From assembly GCA_030390025.1 (NCBI GenBank), contig JASTWF010000036.1, forward strand, positions 806,001 through 870,000: DNA of 64,000 nucleotides, written 5' to 3'. Shown here in pieces: positions 1 to 12,540 of this stretch (position 1 is the first letter of the stretch; each line of letters opens with the position of its first letter). Origin of the DNA: Squalus acanthias. Lineage: Eukaryota. The translations under genes and the position numbers were made by a program. The notes under the pieces are model-generated. The model did not search any database and had not been told where the DNA came from. It saw nothing but the letters and a program-made list of their open reading frames with translations.

Positions 1-1040
1 TCACACTCCTGACTTGTGCCTTGTAGATGGTGGAAAGGCTTTGGGGAGTCAGGAGGTGAGACACTCGCCGCAGAATAGCTAGCCTCTGACCTGCTCTTGT
101 TGCCACAGTATTTATGTGGCTGGTCCAGTTAAGTTTCTGGTCAATGGTGACCCCCCAGGATGTTGATAGTGGGGGATTCGGCGATGGTAATGCCGTTGAA
201 TGTCAAGGGGCGGTGGTTAGACTCTCGCTTGTTGGAGATAGTCATTGCCTGGCACTTCCGTGGCACAAATGTTACCTGCCACTTATCAGCCCAAGCCTGA
301 ACGTCGTCCAGATCTTGTTGCATGCGGGCATGGACTGCTTCATTATCTGAGGAGTTGTGAATGGCGCTGAACACTGCAGTCATCAGCGAACATCCCCATT
401 TCTGACCTTATGTTGGAGGGAAGGTCATTGATGAAGCAGCTGAAGATGGTTGGGCCTAGGACACTGCCCTGAGGAACTCCTGCAGTGATGTCCTGGGGCT
501 GTGATGATTGACCTTCAATCACCACAACCATCTTCCTTTGTGCTAGGTATGACTCCAGCCAGTGCAGAGTTTTTCCCCCCGATTCCCATTGACTTCAGTT
601 TTACTAGGGCTCCTTGGTGCCAGACTCGGTTAAATGCTGCCTTGATGTCAAGGGCAGTCACTCTCACCTCACCTCTGGAATTCAGCTCCTTTGTCCATGT
701 TTGGACCAAGGCTGTAATGAGGTCGGGAACCGAGTGGTCCTGGCAGAACCCAAACTGGGCATCAGTGAGCAGGTTATTGGTGAGTAAGTGCCGCTTGATA
801 GTACTGTCGATGACACCTTCCGTCACTTTGCTGATGATTGGGAGTGGACTGATGGGTCGGTAATTGGCCGGGTTGGATTTGTCCTGCTTTTTGTGGACAG
901 GACATTCCTGGGCAGTTTTCCACATTGTCGGATAGATGCAAGTGTTGTAGCTGTACTGGAACAGCTTGGCTAGAGGCGCGGCTAGTTCTGGAGCACAAGT
1001 CTTCAGCACGATAGCCGGGATGTTGTCGGGGCCCATAGCT
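1..1040 (-). mobile_element. CR1-group (CR1/L2/Crack-type) LINE fragment, reverse transcriptase region, frameshifted
   Basis: ORFs 515-1036, 343-531 and 141-383 give non-LTR RT motifs: [32 protein letters not shown]. Same family as 59155-60215. Confidence 0.9.
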
Positions 1041-1329
1041 TATGATTCACAACCCTTTGCCTGCTATGATGAGCACCTCTGCATTACAGCCTTGAAACTA
1101 CTGCAGGGAGCTACTCTTTATCACACATATACCTATCGGCTTTTAGTGGCTTTTTTTTTTGTCAGTTCCCTTTGTGGAAAGTGACCTTGAAAGCGCCGCA
1201 TCTCCAGGACGATGCGTGACCTTCATATCAAATCATTAATGATTGCGACACCATTACTGCACCATTATCCATTGGCAAGTCCTCGGTGAGTCGATGCACC
1301 TCCTGGTGTGGCAATGAGCCCGACAGACC

Positions 1330-1660
1330 AGGCAGGTCGCACGGCTGACCCCTGGTCTCCCAATGAGTTATCTGGGACGGTGGTATGGGTACGACAACTG
1401 GCCTTAGTACCCCCTGTGATAGGGCAGGGTAAAAATCAGACAGGGTGCACCCCGCCCCCCTCCCCCCCCCCCGCCACTCCTGACCTCAGTGGCTCTTACT
1501 GGAAAGAAGCACAGGTGGACATCGGGTGAGGGTGTGATGCCGCCTGCGGTCGAATAGCTCACTGTCGAGGCTCGCGCGGGAAGAATGACCACTTAGGCGG
1601 GGTGCTGCAGAGCTGCCGATTAACCTTGAAACTGTAGCCCAGTACAAGACAGAGGAGAAA
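1330..1660 (+). repeat. Old unclassified interspersed repeat (SINE-like); diverged relatives at ~22520-22720 and ~29780-29950
   Basis: Blocks such as gtggacatcgggtgagg, ggtcgaatagc and gaagaatgaccacttaggcggggtgctg recur in diverged form (gaagaatggcctattgggtgagggactgg; gggcacttgggtgaggtactgg). Confidence 0.45.
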
Positions 1661-1731
1661 ATTGAGAGTGTTGGGGCGGGGGGAAGAAAACCCTTCACTG
1701 TGGAACTGGAAGGGGAATCCCTGCCGTTGCT

Positions 1732-2490
1732 ACTCTTTTGATTGGGTAGTTAAACAAATCAACTGTAAATTAATAAAACTTTAAATAAAACTTAACAAAT
1801 TAAATTAAAATTGTGTTGGCTGGGGTGATGATGCACTCCAGTCCCTGCGGCGCCCACCGGTCGCGGAAGGCCTCAAGTGTGGCGTGCTCCATCCCCAGGG
1901 CCACCCGGGCGCAAACGTGGCCGCGGAAGAGAGGCAGACAGTCGGGCCGCGTGACCCCCTCGACCGCCTGCTGCCTGGACCTGTTAATGGCTACTTTCGC
2001 CAGGCCCAGGAGTAGTCCTATGAGGAGGTCCTCCGATCTGCCCGCTCCCCTCCGCACCGGGTGACCAAAGATCAGGAGCGTGGGACTGAAGTGCAGCCAA
2101 AAATCGAGGAGCAGCCCCTTCAAATAGTGAAAGAGGGGCTGCAACCCCTCACATTCTGCGTAAATATGGAACACGGACTCCTCTAGGCCGCAGAAAAGGC
2201 AGGCGGCCTGGGAGTCCGTGAACCTGCTTAAAATCTTATTGCACGGGACTGCTCCGTGCAACACCCTCCAGGCCAAGTCCCCAATAGAAAAAGGGAGGAC
2301 TCCCGCGTAGAGAGCCCTCCACTGGGGGCCTCCGCCGGACGGCAAGATGGTACGCCAAGGCGTGTCCAGACGGCAGACGAAGATGGCAAAGTGGAGAGTG
2401 TGCAGGAGCAGCCCGTACAGGAAACGCCTCCGCGCAGAGCTAAAAGGCATGGAGCGCATTTCCCCGAGACGGCTCAAGTTGTGAGGCGTC
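1732..2490 (-). mobile_element. Tx1-clade non-LTR retrotransposon, 5'-truncated (ORF2 C-terminus and short 3' UTR), 14-bp TSD
   Basis: ORF 1800-2477 has the L1/Tx1 C-terminal WRVLHGAV...CLFCGLEESVFHIYAEC zinc knuckle. TSD tccctgccgttgct at 1718-1731 and 2491-2504. Near-identical to the 3' part of 47124-48670. Confidence 0.88.
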
Positions 2491-2557
2491 TCCCTGCCGT
2501 TGCTGGATTTGTGGAGCCGAGTTCAATGATGTGGTGGGGCTGTGTGTTGCTTCACAC

Positions 2558-2650
2558 CATCTGAGGAAAGGTCATCGACCTGAAACGCTAACTCTGTTTC
2601 TCTCTCCACAGATGCTGCCTGACCCGCTGTTTTTATTCCATCATTTGACT
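2558..2650 (+). mobile_element. Short PLE-derived fragment with a degenerate minimal hammerhead
   Basis: ctgaggaaaggtcatcgacctgaaacgctaactctgtttctctctccacagatgctgcctgacc matches the copies at 25480-25620 and 27250-27385. Confidence 0.7.
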
Positions 2651-3079
2651 GTTTGCCAACTTGCCGAACTGGTCTCAGTAATTGCCCCGGCAGAAGTGAA
2701 TGAACACTTTCTATTTTTTTCGACCGACGAACACCTTTGTGGTTGTAGCGTTTACGAAACCAAATGGGGAATGAATTGTGCGGTGGTCTCCGCGGCGGTT
2801 AATGATTCGGGAATAGTGTGCGGTCATTAGGCTTGTACACCTGCGCTGTTGGTTTATTGCTCAACCTGCTGAGGGTTGCAGCCACAGTGAAGGAGGGAGC
2901 AGCAGATGAAAGGCGTGCCGTGTGTGGTTGTGCTGCTCGAGTGCTGTGTTGACCGGGAGCTGCTGCCCGTGGACATCGCCGGACAGATTTCCAATTTGCA
3001 ACCAGGCCGTTTTAAAAAGTGTCCCCCCCCCCGGTGCTTTTGCACATTGAATGGGCAAGAGGGAAATCATGGGGCTTCG

Positions 3080-3715
3080 TAGAATCATAGGGTGATACAG
3101 CACAGAAGGAGGCCATTCGGCCCATCGTGCCTGTGCCGGCTCCTTGAAAGAGCTCTCCAAGTAGAAAAAGACTTGCATTTATACAGCGCCTTTCACGACC
3201 ACCGGACGTCTCAAAGCGCTTTACAGCCAATTAAGTACTTTTTGAAGTTTAGTCACTGTTGTAATGTAGGAAATTAATCCCACTCCCCTGCTCTTTCCCC
3301 GTAGCCGGGCAGGTTTTCCCCTTTTAAGTATTTATCCAATTCCCTTTTGAAAGCCACTATTGAATCTGCTTTCAGGCCATGCGTTCCAGATCATAACAAC
3401 TCGCTGCGTAAAAAAAAATTCTCCTCATCTCCCCCTCTGATTCTTTTTGCTAATGACCTTCAATCTGGTTACCGACTCCTCCTTTCAAAAGGGAATTGGA
3501 TAAACACTTGAAAAGGAAAAATGTGCAGGGCTATGGGGAAAGCAGGGGGTGGGGGGGAGTGGGACTAATTGGATCGCTCTTTCAAAGAGCCGGCACAGAC
3601 ACGATGGGCCGAATGGCCTCCTTCTGTGCTGTATCGTTCTGTGATGTTCCCCCTTGGTTCTTTTGCCAATTATCTTAAATCTGTGTCCTCCAGTTACTGG
3701 CCCTCCTGCCACTTT
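3080..3715. mobile_element. Rearranged CR1 3'-end fragments (minus 3080-3480, plus 3483-3645, minus 3645-3715), with a Deu-SINE tail at ~3160-3272
   Basis: The CR1 3' motif cagcacagaaggaggccattcggcccatcgtg and its reverse complement are both present. SINE tail gacttgcatttatacagcgcctttcacgacc. Confidence 0.7.
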
Positions 3716-3844
3716 CTCAAACGGGACAGACCATCGAGTAAGAATTGTAAGGGCAGAAATGGTGAGGCTGCACTGCTGGTGTGCAACCTTGCTGAGGCAT
3801 GGGTCAGAGATCGAGCTACGATGCTGTATCCCTTATTCTATTTT

Positions 3845-5127
3845 ATGAAAGGGAAATCATGTTTGACAAATTTGCTGTAGTTCTTTGAGGATGTAACAAG
3901 CAGGGTAGATAAAGGTGAGCCAGTGGATGTGGTGTATTTGGATTTCCAGAAGGCATTCGATAAGGTGCCACATAAAAGGTTACTGCATAAGATAAGAGCT
4001 CACGGGGTTGGGGGTAATATATTAGCATGATAGAGAATTGGCTAACTAACAGAAAGCAGAGAGTCGGGATAAATGGGTCATTTTCAGGTTGGCAAACGGT
4101 AACTAGTGGGGTGCCACAGGGATCAGTGCTGGGGCCTCAGCTATTTACAATCTACATTAATGACTTGGATGAAGGGACCGAGTGTAATGTAGCCAAGTTT
4201 GCAGATGATACAAGATTGGTGGGAAAGCAAGTTGTGCAGAGGACTCAAAGAATCTGCAAAGGGATATAGACAGGCTAGGTGAGTGGGCAAACATTTGGCA
4301 GATGGAGTATAATGTGGGAAAGTGCGAGGTTATCCACTTTGGCAGGAAAAATAAAAAAGTAAATTATTGTTTAAATGGAGAGAGATTACAAAATGCTACA
4401 GTTCAGAGGGACCTGGGGGTCCTTGTGCATGAAACACAAAAAGTTAGCATGCAGGTGCATCAAGTAATCAAAAAGGCAAATGGAATGTTGGCCTTTATTT
4501 CAAGGGGGTTGGAGTATAAAAGCAGGGAAGTCCTGCTACAACTGTACAAGGTATTGGTGAGACCACACCTTGAGTACTGCGTACAGTTTTGGTCTCCTTA
4601 TTTAAGGAAGGATATACTTGCATTGGAGGCAGTTCAGAGACGATTCACTCGGTTGATTCCTGAGTTGAGGGGTTTGACTTATGAAGAAAGGTTGAGCAGG
4701 CTGGGCCTATACTCATTGGAATTTAGAAGAATGAGAGGTGATCTTATTGAAACATATAAGATACTGAGGGGGCTCGACAAGGTAGATGCAGAGAGGATGT
4801 TTCCCCTCGTGGGGAAATCTAGAACTCGGGGGCATAGTTTCAGAATAAAGGGGTCGCCCTTTTAGAACTGAGATGAGGAGGCATTTCTTCTCTCAGAGGG
4901 TCGTAAATCTGTGGAATTCTCTGTCCCAGAGAGCCGTGGAGGCTGGGTCATTAAACACATTTAAGGTGGAGATAGACAGATTTTTGCAAGATAAGGGAGT
5001 GAAGGGTTATGGGGAGCGGGCAGGGAAGTGGCTTTGAGCCCAAGATCAGCCATGATCTTATTGAATGTCGGAGCAGGCTCGAGGGGCCAAGTGGCCTATT
5101 CCTGCTCCTATTTCTTATGTTCTTATT
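3845..5127 (+). mobile_element. CR1 LINE, 5'-truncated (RT to 3' tail)
   Basis: [51 protein letters not shown]; 3' end ...cctgctcctatttcttatgttcttat. Confidence 0.92.
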
Positions 5128-5632
5128 CTGTGCCCTACACTGGCTTCCAGCGGAGCCTCATAACCTCTGCCCTTCGAAAAGCTGATAGGACCGAGTAGCC
5201 TGGGCTTTGTAGGCTGGATGGCTAGGGGGGGTCGCAGGCTGCACATGGCCCCCTGGCAAAGACAGTTGGCATCAAAAGTACGACGACTTCATGCGAATAG
5301 AAAGAAACCGCAGGAGCTGTTATAAATAAAGGCAACACATGCACGAAACACTCAGCATCTGACTGAAGGGCTGACATGTTATTGTTTCTCTGTCCAGGTG
5401 CTGATGGACTAACTGTGTATTTCCAGAATTTTATTTTTCTATTATTACATTTGTCTGTGCGGATGCATTAATACATTCGTGCATAGTTCAGACTTTTGTG
5501 CATTCATGTGCACAAATCGTTGAAGGTGGCAGGGCAGGTTGAGAAAGCGGTTAAAAAAGCCTACGGGATCCTGGGCTTCATAAATAGAGAGGTCGCACAA
5601 CACCAGGTTATAGTCCAACAGTTTTATTTGAA

Positions 5633-5672
5633 ATCACAAGCTTTCGGAACTATCGCTCCTTCCTCAGGTGAA
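5633..5672 (-). ncRNA. Minimal type I hammerhead ribozyme (mirror copy in the left arm)
   Basis: Reverse complement of 7665-7704: tcacaagctttcggaactatcgctccttcctcaggtga. Confidence 0.85.
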
Positions 5673-7664
5673 GTAAATTGGATACAGAATCGTCAGAGCA
5701 TATATAGATGGAAAAAAAAGCATGTGTACTTTACAATTGCAGACCAATAAATTAAATCATCCTGACTATCTGCCGAGGTGTGATAAAGTTAATTAAGTCA
5801 GCCAGGAAGGTACCACATCAAAAGACATAGCAAGATACAACTGAGACAATGAGGTGAAGTCGCAGGGGTTCTAACGTGTCAAAAGCTGCCGTCTGTATGT
5901 AAAACGAAAAGCTTTAAAAAAAAAATTTACTTTTTTACTGGGAAAATTTTTACTTTTTTACTGGGAATCACATCTGTGAACAAGCTAACGACGACTCGAG
6001 TCCGGATCACGTCATGTATCGTGACATAAACCCAAGATCCCGATTGAGACCGTCTTCATGAGTGCAGAACTTGGCTATCAGTTTCTGCTCGATGATTTTG
6101 CGTTGTCGTGTGTTTCTAAGGTTGCCTTGGAGAACGCTTACCCGCAGATCCGAGGCTGAATGTCCTTGACTGCTGAAGTGTTCCCCGACTGGGAGGTAAC
6201 AATCCTGCCTGGCGATTGTTGCGCGGTGCTCGTTCATACGTTGTCTCAGTGTCTGCATGGTCTCGCCGATGTACCATGCCGCGGTGCATTCTTTCCTGCA
6301 ACGTATGAGGTAGACAACGTTGGCCGAGTCACATGAGTATGTACCATGTACCTGGTGGGTAGTGTCCTCACGTGTGATGGTGGTATCTGTGTTGATGATC
6401 TGGCATGTCTTGCAGAGTTTGCCATGGCAGGGTTGTGTGGTGTCGTGGTCGCTGTTATCCTGAAAGCTGGGTAATTTGCTGCGAACGATGGTACTTCTGA
6501 GGTTAGGCGGCTGTTTGAAGGCAAGTAGTGGAGGCGTGGGGATGGCCTTAGCGAGGTGTTTGTCGTCATCGATGACATGTTGAAGGCTGCGAAGAACATG
6601 TCGTAGTTTCTCCGCTCCGGGGAAGTACTGGACGACGTAGGGTACCCTGTTGGTTGTGTCCCGTGTTGTGTCACGGGACACAACCAACAGGGTACCCTAC
6701 GTCGTCCAGTACTTCCCCGGAGCGGAGAAACTACGACATGTTCTTCGCAGCCTTCAACATGTCATCGATGACGACAAACACCTCGCTAAGGCCATCCCCA
6801 CGCCTCCACTACTTGCCTTCAAACAGCCGCCTAACCTCAGAAGTACCATCGTTCGCAGCAAATTACCCAGCTTTCAGGATAACAGCGACCACGACACCAC
6901 ACAACCCTGCCATGGCAAACTCTGCAAGACATGCCAGATCATCAACACAGATACCACCATCACACGTGAGGACACTACCCACCAGGTACATGGTACATAC
7001 TCATGTGACTCGGCCAACGTTGTCTACCTCATACGTTGCAGGAAAGAATGCACCGCGGCATGGTACATCGGCGAGACCATGCAGACACTGAGACAACGTA
7101 TGAACGAGCACCGCGCAACAATCGCCAGGCAGGATTGTTACCTCCCAGTCGGGGAACACTTCAGCAGTCAAGGACATTCAGCCTCGGATCTGCGGGTAAG
7201 CGTTCTCCAAGGCAACCTTAGAAACACACGACAACGCAAAATCATCGAGCAGAAACTGATAGCCAAGTTCTGCACTCATGAAGACGGTCTCAATCGGGAT
7301 CTTGGGTTTATGTCACGATACATGACGTGATCCGGACTCGAGTCGTCGTTAGCTTGTTCACAGATGTGATTCCCAGTAAAAAAGTAAAAATTTTCCCAGT
7401 AAAAAAGTAAATTTTTTTTTTAAAGCTTTTCGTTTTACATACAGACGGCAGCTTTTGACACGTTAGAACCCCTGCGACTTCACCTCATTGTCTCAGTTGT
7501 ATCTTGCTATGTCTTTTGATGTGGTACCTTCCTGGCTGACTTAATTAACTTTATCACACCTCGGCAGATAGTCAGGATGATTTAATTTATTGGTCTGCAA
7601 TTGTAAAGTACACATGCTTTTTTTTCCATCTATATATGCTCTGACGATTCTGTATCCAATTTAC

Positions 7665-7704
7665 TTCACCTGAGGAAGGAGCGATAGTTCCGAAAGCTTG
7701 TGAT
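7665..7704 (+). ncRNA. Minimal type I hammerhead ribozyme of the PLE
   Basis: tcac-CTGAGGA-a-ggagc-gata-gttcc-GAAA-gc-TT-gtga: catalytic core CUGANGA and GAAA, stem II, palindromic AAGCTT stem III, stem I tcac/gtga. Confidence 0.85.
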
Positions 7705-8414
7705 TTCAAATAAAACTGTTGGACTATAACCTGGTGTTGTGCGACCTCTCAATTTTGTCCACCCCAGTCCAACACCGGCATCTCCGCATCATTCATAAAT
7801 AGAGGCAGAGAGTACAAAAGCAAGGAAGTTATGATGAACCTTTATAAAACACTGGTTCGGCCTCAACTGGAGTATTGTATCCAATTCTGGGCATCGCACT
7901 TTAGGAAGGATGTGAAGGCCTTAGAGAGGGTGCAGAAAAGATTTACAAGAATGGTTCCAGGGATGAGGGACTTCAGTTACGTGGATAGACTGGAGAAGCT
8001 GGGGTTGTTCTCCTTGGAGCAGAGAAAGGCTGAGAGGAGATTTGATAGAGGTGTTCAAAATCATGAGGGGTCTAGACAGACGAGATCGAGAGAAACTGTT
8101 CCCATTGGCGGAAGGGTCGAGAATCAGTGGACACAGATTTAAGGTGATTGGCAGAAGAACCAAAGGTGACATGACGAACCTTTTTACTCAGCGAGTGGTT
8201 AGGATCTGGAATGCACTGCCTGAGAGGGTGGTGGAGGCAGACTCAATTGTGGCTTTCAAAAGGGAGTTGGATAAGTATCTGAAGGAAAAAAATTTGCAGG
8301 GCTACGGGGAAAGGGAGGAGGAGTGGGACTAGCTGAAGTGTTCTTGCACAGAGCTGGCACGGGCTCGACGGGCTGAATGGCCTCCTTCTGTGCTGTAACC
8401 ATTCTATGATTCTA

Positions 8415-11208
8415 TGGGGGGTGGGGATGGAGTCCCTGTGGGTGGGGATGGGGTCTCTGTGTGGGTGGGGTGGGGTCTCTGTGGGTGGGGATGGGGTCCT
8501 GTGTGGGTGGGGATGGGGTCTCTGTGGGTGGGGATGGGGTCTCTGTGGGTGGGGATGGGGTCTCTGTGGGTGGGGATGGGGTCCTGTGTGGGTGAGGACG
8601 GGGTCTCTGTGTGGGTGGGGATGGGGTCCTGTGTGGGTGGGGATGGGGTCTCTGTGGGTGGGGATGGGGTCTCTGTGGGTGGGGATGGGGTCTCTGTGGG
8701 TGGGGGTGGGGTCTCTGTGTGGGTGGGGATGGGTTCTGTGTGGGTGGGGATGGGGTCTCTGTGGGTGGGGATGGGGTCTCTGTGGGTGGGGATGGGGTCT
8801 CTGTGGGTGGGGGTGGGGTCTCTGTGTGGGTGGGGATGGGTTCTGTGTGGGTGGGGATGGAGTCTCTGTGGGTGGGGTGGGGTCTCTGTGTGGGTGGGGG
8901 TGGGGTCTCTGTGGGTGGGGATGGGGTCTCTGTGGGTGGGGATGGGGTCTCTGTGTGGGTGGGGATGGGGTCTCTGTGGGTGGGGATGGGGTCTCTGTGG
9001 GTGGGGATGGGGTCTCTGTGGGTGGGGATGGGGTCTCTCTGTGGGTGGGGATGGGGTCTCTGTGGGTGGGGATGGGGTCTCTGTGGGTGGGGATGGGGTC
9101 CTGTGTGGGTGGGGATGGGGTTTCTGTGGGTGGGGATGGGGTCTCTGTGTGGGTGGGGATGGGGTCTGTGTGGGTGGGGATGGGGTCTCTGTGGGTGGGG
9201 ATGGGGTCTCTGTGGGTGGGGATGGGGTCTCTGTGTGGGTGGGGATGGGGTCTCTGTGGGTGGGGATGGGGTCTCTGTGGGTGGGGATGGGGTCTCTGTG
9301 TGGGTGGGGATGGGGTCTCTGTGGGTGGGGATGGGGTCTCTGTGGGTGGGGATGGGGTCTCTGTGGGTGGGGATGGGGTCTCTGTGGGTGGGGATGGGGT
9401 CTCTGTGTGGGTGGGGTGGGGTCTCTGTGTGGGTGGGGGTCGGGTCTCTGTGGGTGGGGATGGGGTCTGTGTGTGGGTGGGGATGGGGTCTCTGTGGGTG
9501 GGGATGGGGTCTCTGTGGGTGGGGATGGGGTCTCTGTGGGTGGGGATGGGGTCTCTGGGTGGGGATGGGGTCCTGTGTGGGTGGGGATGGGGTCTCTGTG
9601 GGTGGGGATGGGGTCTCTGTGGGTGGGGGTGGGGTCTCTGTGTGGGTGGGGATGGGGTCTCTGTGGGTGGGGATGGGGTCTCTGTGGGTGGGGATGGGGT
9701 CTCTGTGTGGGTGGGGATGGGGTCTCTGTGGGTGGGGGTGGGGTCTCTGTGTGGGTGGGGATGGGGTCTCTGTGGGTGGGGATGGGGTCTCTGTGTGGGT
9801 GGGGATGGGGTCTCTGTGTTGGTGGGGATGGGGTCTCTGTGTGGGTGGGGATGGGGTCTCTGTGTGGGTGGGGATGGGGTCTCTGTGTGGGTGGGGATGG
9901 GGTCTCTGTGGGTGGGGGTGGGGTCTCTGTGTGGGTGGGGTCGGGTCTCTGTGGGTGGGGATGGGGTCTCTGTGTGGGTGGGGATGGGGTCTCTCTGTGG
10001 GTGGGGATGGGGTCTCTGTGGGTGGGGATGGAGTCTCTGTGGGTGGGGATGGGGTCTCTGTGTGGGTGGGGGTGGGGTCTCTCTGTGGGTGGGGGTGGGG
10101 TCTCTGTGGGTGGGGATGGGGTCTCTGTGTGGGTGGGGGTGGGGTCTCTGTGGGTGGGGTCTCTGTGGGTGGGGATGGGGTCTCTGTGTGGGTGGGGGTG
10201 GGGTCTCTGTGGGTGGGGGTGGGGTCTCTGTGTGGGTGGGGATGGGGTCTCTGTGGGTGGGGTGGGGTCTCTGTGGGTGGGGATGGGGTCTCTGTGGGTG
10301 GGGATGGGGTCTCTGTGTGGGTGGGGTCGGGTCTCTGTGGGTGGGGGTGGGGTCTCTGTGGGTGGGGATGGGGTCTCTGTGGGTGGGGATGGGGTCTCTG
10401 TGTGGGTGGGGATGGGGTCTCTGAGGGTGGGGATGGGGTCTCTGTGTGGGTGGGGATGGGGTCTCTGTGTGGGTGGGGATGGGGTCTCTGTGTGGGTGGG
10501 GATGGGGTCTCTGTGGGTGGGGATGGGGTCTCTGTGTGGGTGGGGATGGGGTCTCTGTGGGTGGGGATGGGGTCTCTGTGTGGGTGGGGATGGGGTCTCT
10601 GTGTGGGTGGGGATGGGGTCTCTGTGGGTGGGGGTGGTGTCTCTGTGGGTGGGGATGGGGTCTCTGTGGGTGGGATGGGGTCTCTGTGTGGGTGCGGATG
10701 GGGTCTCTGTGGGTGGGGATGGGGTCTCTGTGTGGGTGGGGGTGGGGTCTCTGTGTGTGGGGATGGGGTCTCTGTGTGGGTGGGGTCTCTGTGGGTGGGG
10801 ATGGGGTCTCTGTGTGGGTGGGGGTGGGGTCTCTGTGGGTGGGGATGGGGTCTCTGTGGGTGGGGTCGGGTCTCTGTGGGTGGGGATGGGGTCTCTGTGG
10901 GTGGGGTCGGGTCTCTGTGGGTGGGGGGGTCTCTGTGGGTGCGGATGGGGTCTCTGTGGGTGGGGATGGGGTCTCTGTGTGGGTGGGGATGGGGTCTCTG
11001 TGTGGGTGGGGATGGGGTCTCTGTGGGTGGGGATGGGGTCTCTGTGGGTGGGGGTGGGGTCTCTGTGGGTGGGGATGGGGTCTCTGTGGGTGGGGATGGG
11101 GTCTCTGTGGGTGGGGTGGGGTCTCTGTGGGTGGGGATGGGGTCTCTGTGGGTGGGGGTGGGGTCTCTGTGGGTGGGGATGGGGTCTCTGTGGGTGGGGA
11201 TGGGGATC
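8415..11208 (+). repeat. G-rich minisatellite, 21-23-bp unit gggtggggatggggtctctgt(gt), roughly 125 copies
   Basis: Tandem units visible directly; explains the long low-complexity ORFs at 8404-11286. Confidence 0.97.
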
Positions 11209-11329
11209 TTGGGGGTTCTGAGGGTTGAAGGCTCTTCCACCTCCCTTGTCAAGCCAAATTTTTCTTCTTATCATTGAGTTAAACAACTTTAGATCTTAAC
11301 CACCGCCCCCATTTACATTTGGATAGCCT

Positions 11330-11638
11330 ACATAAGACCATAAGAAATAGGAGCAGGAGGAGGCCATTCGGCCCCTCGAGCCTACTCCGCCATTCAATAA
11401 GATCATGGCTGATCTTCTACCTCAACTCCACTTTCCCTCCTGATCTCCATCTCCCTTGGTTCCCCTAGAGACCAAAAATCTATCGATCTCCGCCTTGAAT
11501 ATACTCAATGACTGAGCCTCCACAGCCCTCTGGGGAGAGAATTCCAAAGATTCACCACCCTCTGAGTGAAGAAATTCCTCCTCATCTCAGTCCTAAATGG
11601 CCGACCCCTTATCCTGAGACTGTGACCCCTGGTTCTAG
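11330..11638 (-). mobile_element. CR1 LINE 3' fragment
   Basis: cataagaccataagaaataggagcaggaggaggccattcggcccctcgagcc is the reverse complement of the CR1 3' end. Confidence 0.85.
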
Positions 11639-11863
11639 CCTGTGCTATCTCTGCTCCCTCTATCTCACTGTATCCCAACTATTTTTCTCTCTCACCATTT
11701 ACCTTTCCATTTCTTGCTCCCTCCCTCTCATTGCTCTGCTCTCCTATTCCTTCATTTTACTCACCACCTTCTGCAGAATCCCCCCTCTCGTCTGCTTACA
11801 CTCTCCTCTTCCTTTCTAATTCTTTCTGCTCCCTGTATCTCATTCTCTGCTCTGCTCTGTCGA

Positions 11864-12450
11864 TCAGCCGTGGCTCAGTGGGTAGCACTTTTGCCTCTGA
11901 CTCAGATGGTCGTGGTTTCGAGTTCATCTCCAGAGACTCGAGCACAAAATCCAGGCTGACACTCCCAGTGCAGTACTGAGGGAGCGCCGCACTGTCAGAG
12001 GGTCAGTATTGAGAGAGCGCCGCACTGTCGGAGGGGCAGTACTGAGGGAGCGCTGCACTGTCGGAGGGGCGGTACTGAGGGAGCGTCGCACTGTCGGAGG
12101 GGCAGTACTGAGGGAGCGCCGCACTGTCAGAGGGTCAGTATTGAGAGAGCGCCGCACTGTCGGAGGGGCAGTACTGAGGGAGTGCTGCACTGTCGGAGGG
12201 GCAGTACTGCGGGAGTGTCGGAGGGGCAGTACTGAGGGAGCGCCGCACTGTCGCAGGGGCAGTACTGAGGGAGTGCTGCACTGTCGGAGGGGCAGTACTG
12301 CGGGAGTGTCGGAGGGGCAGTACTGAGGGAGCGCCGCACTGTCGCAGGGGCAGTACTGAGGGAGCGCCGCACTGTCGGAGGGGCAGTACTGAGGGAGCGC
12401 CGCACTGTCGGAGGGGCAGTACTGAGGGAGCGCCGCACTGTCAGAGGGCA
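11864..12450 (+). mobile_element. tRNA-headed Deu-domain SINE (SacSINE1/AmnSINE-like), 5' part, with an internal 33-bp unit amplified about 14 times
   Basis: tRNA-like head gtggctcagtgggtagcact...tctgactcaga...ggtttcgagt, then ggctgacactcccagtgcagtactgagggagcgccgcactgtc repeated. Confidence 0.8.
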
Positions 12451-12540
12451 TAGTGCTGTATATCCTATGTAATCCTGTGTTGCAGCCCCAGTGTCGTCAC
12501 TCTCGAACTTGTTGCTGCTCGTTGTAATGACAAATTAGGA

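Larger units (their letters stand above)
5587..7791. mobile_element. Penelope-like element (Neptune-type, GIY-YIG endonuclease) inserted as an inverted dimer: arms 5587-6665 and 6672-7750, tail 7751-7791, TSD ttcataaatagag
   Basis: Mirror ORFs 6007-6687(-) and 6650-7330(+) encode the same Cys-rich linker (CHGKLCKTC) and GIY-YIG domain (VVYLIRC...WYIGET...RMNEHR...HF). TSD at 5577-5589 and 7792-7804. Confidence 0.93.
5500..8412 (+). mobile_element. CR1 LINE 3' fragment interrupted by the PLE palindrome (host parts ~5500-5589 and 7792-8412)
   Basis: VHKSLKVAGQVEKAVKKAYGILGFINR (left) continues as ...YKTLVRPQLEYCIQFW... (right); attctatgattctatg tail at ~8401-8416. Confidence 0.88.

Noticed and set aside
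8404..11286. ORFs of 670-960 aa, Pro/Thr/His- or Gly/Trp/Val-rich
   Set aside because: Open in nearly all frames on both strands because the minisatellite unit lacks stops; no coding signal.
11864..11940. tRNA gene (also ~16083, ~25240-25305, ~26610, ~35345, ~44220-44295)
   Set aside because: These are tRNA-derived SINE heads with degenerate cloverleaves, followed by SINE body sequence.
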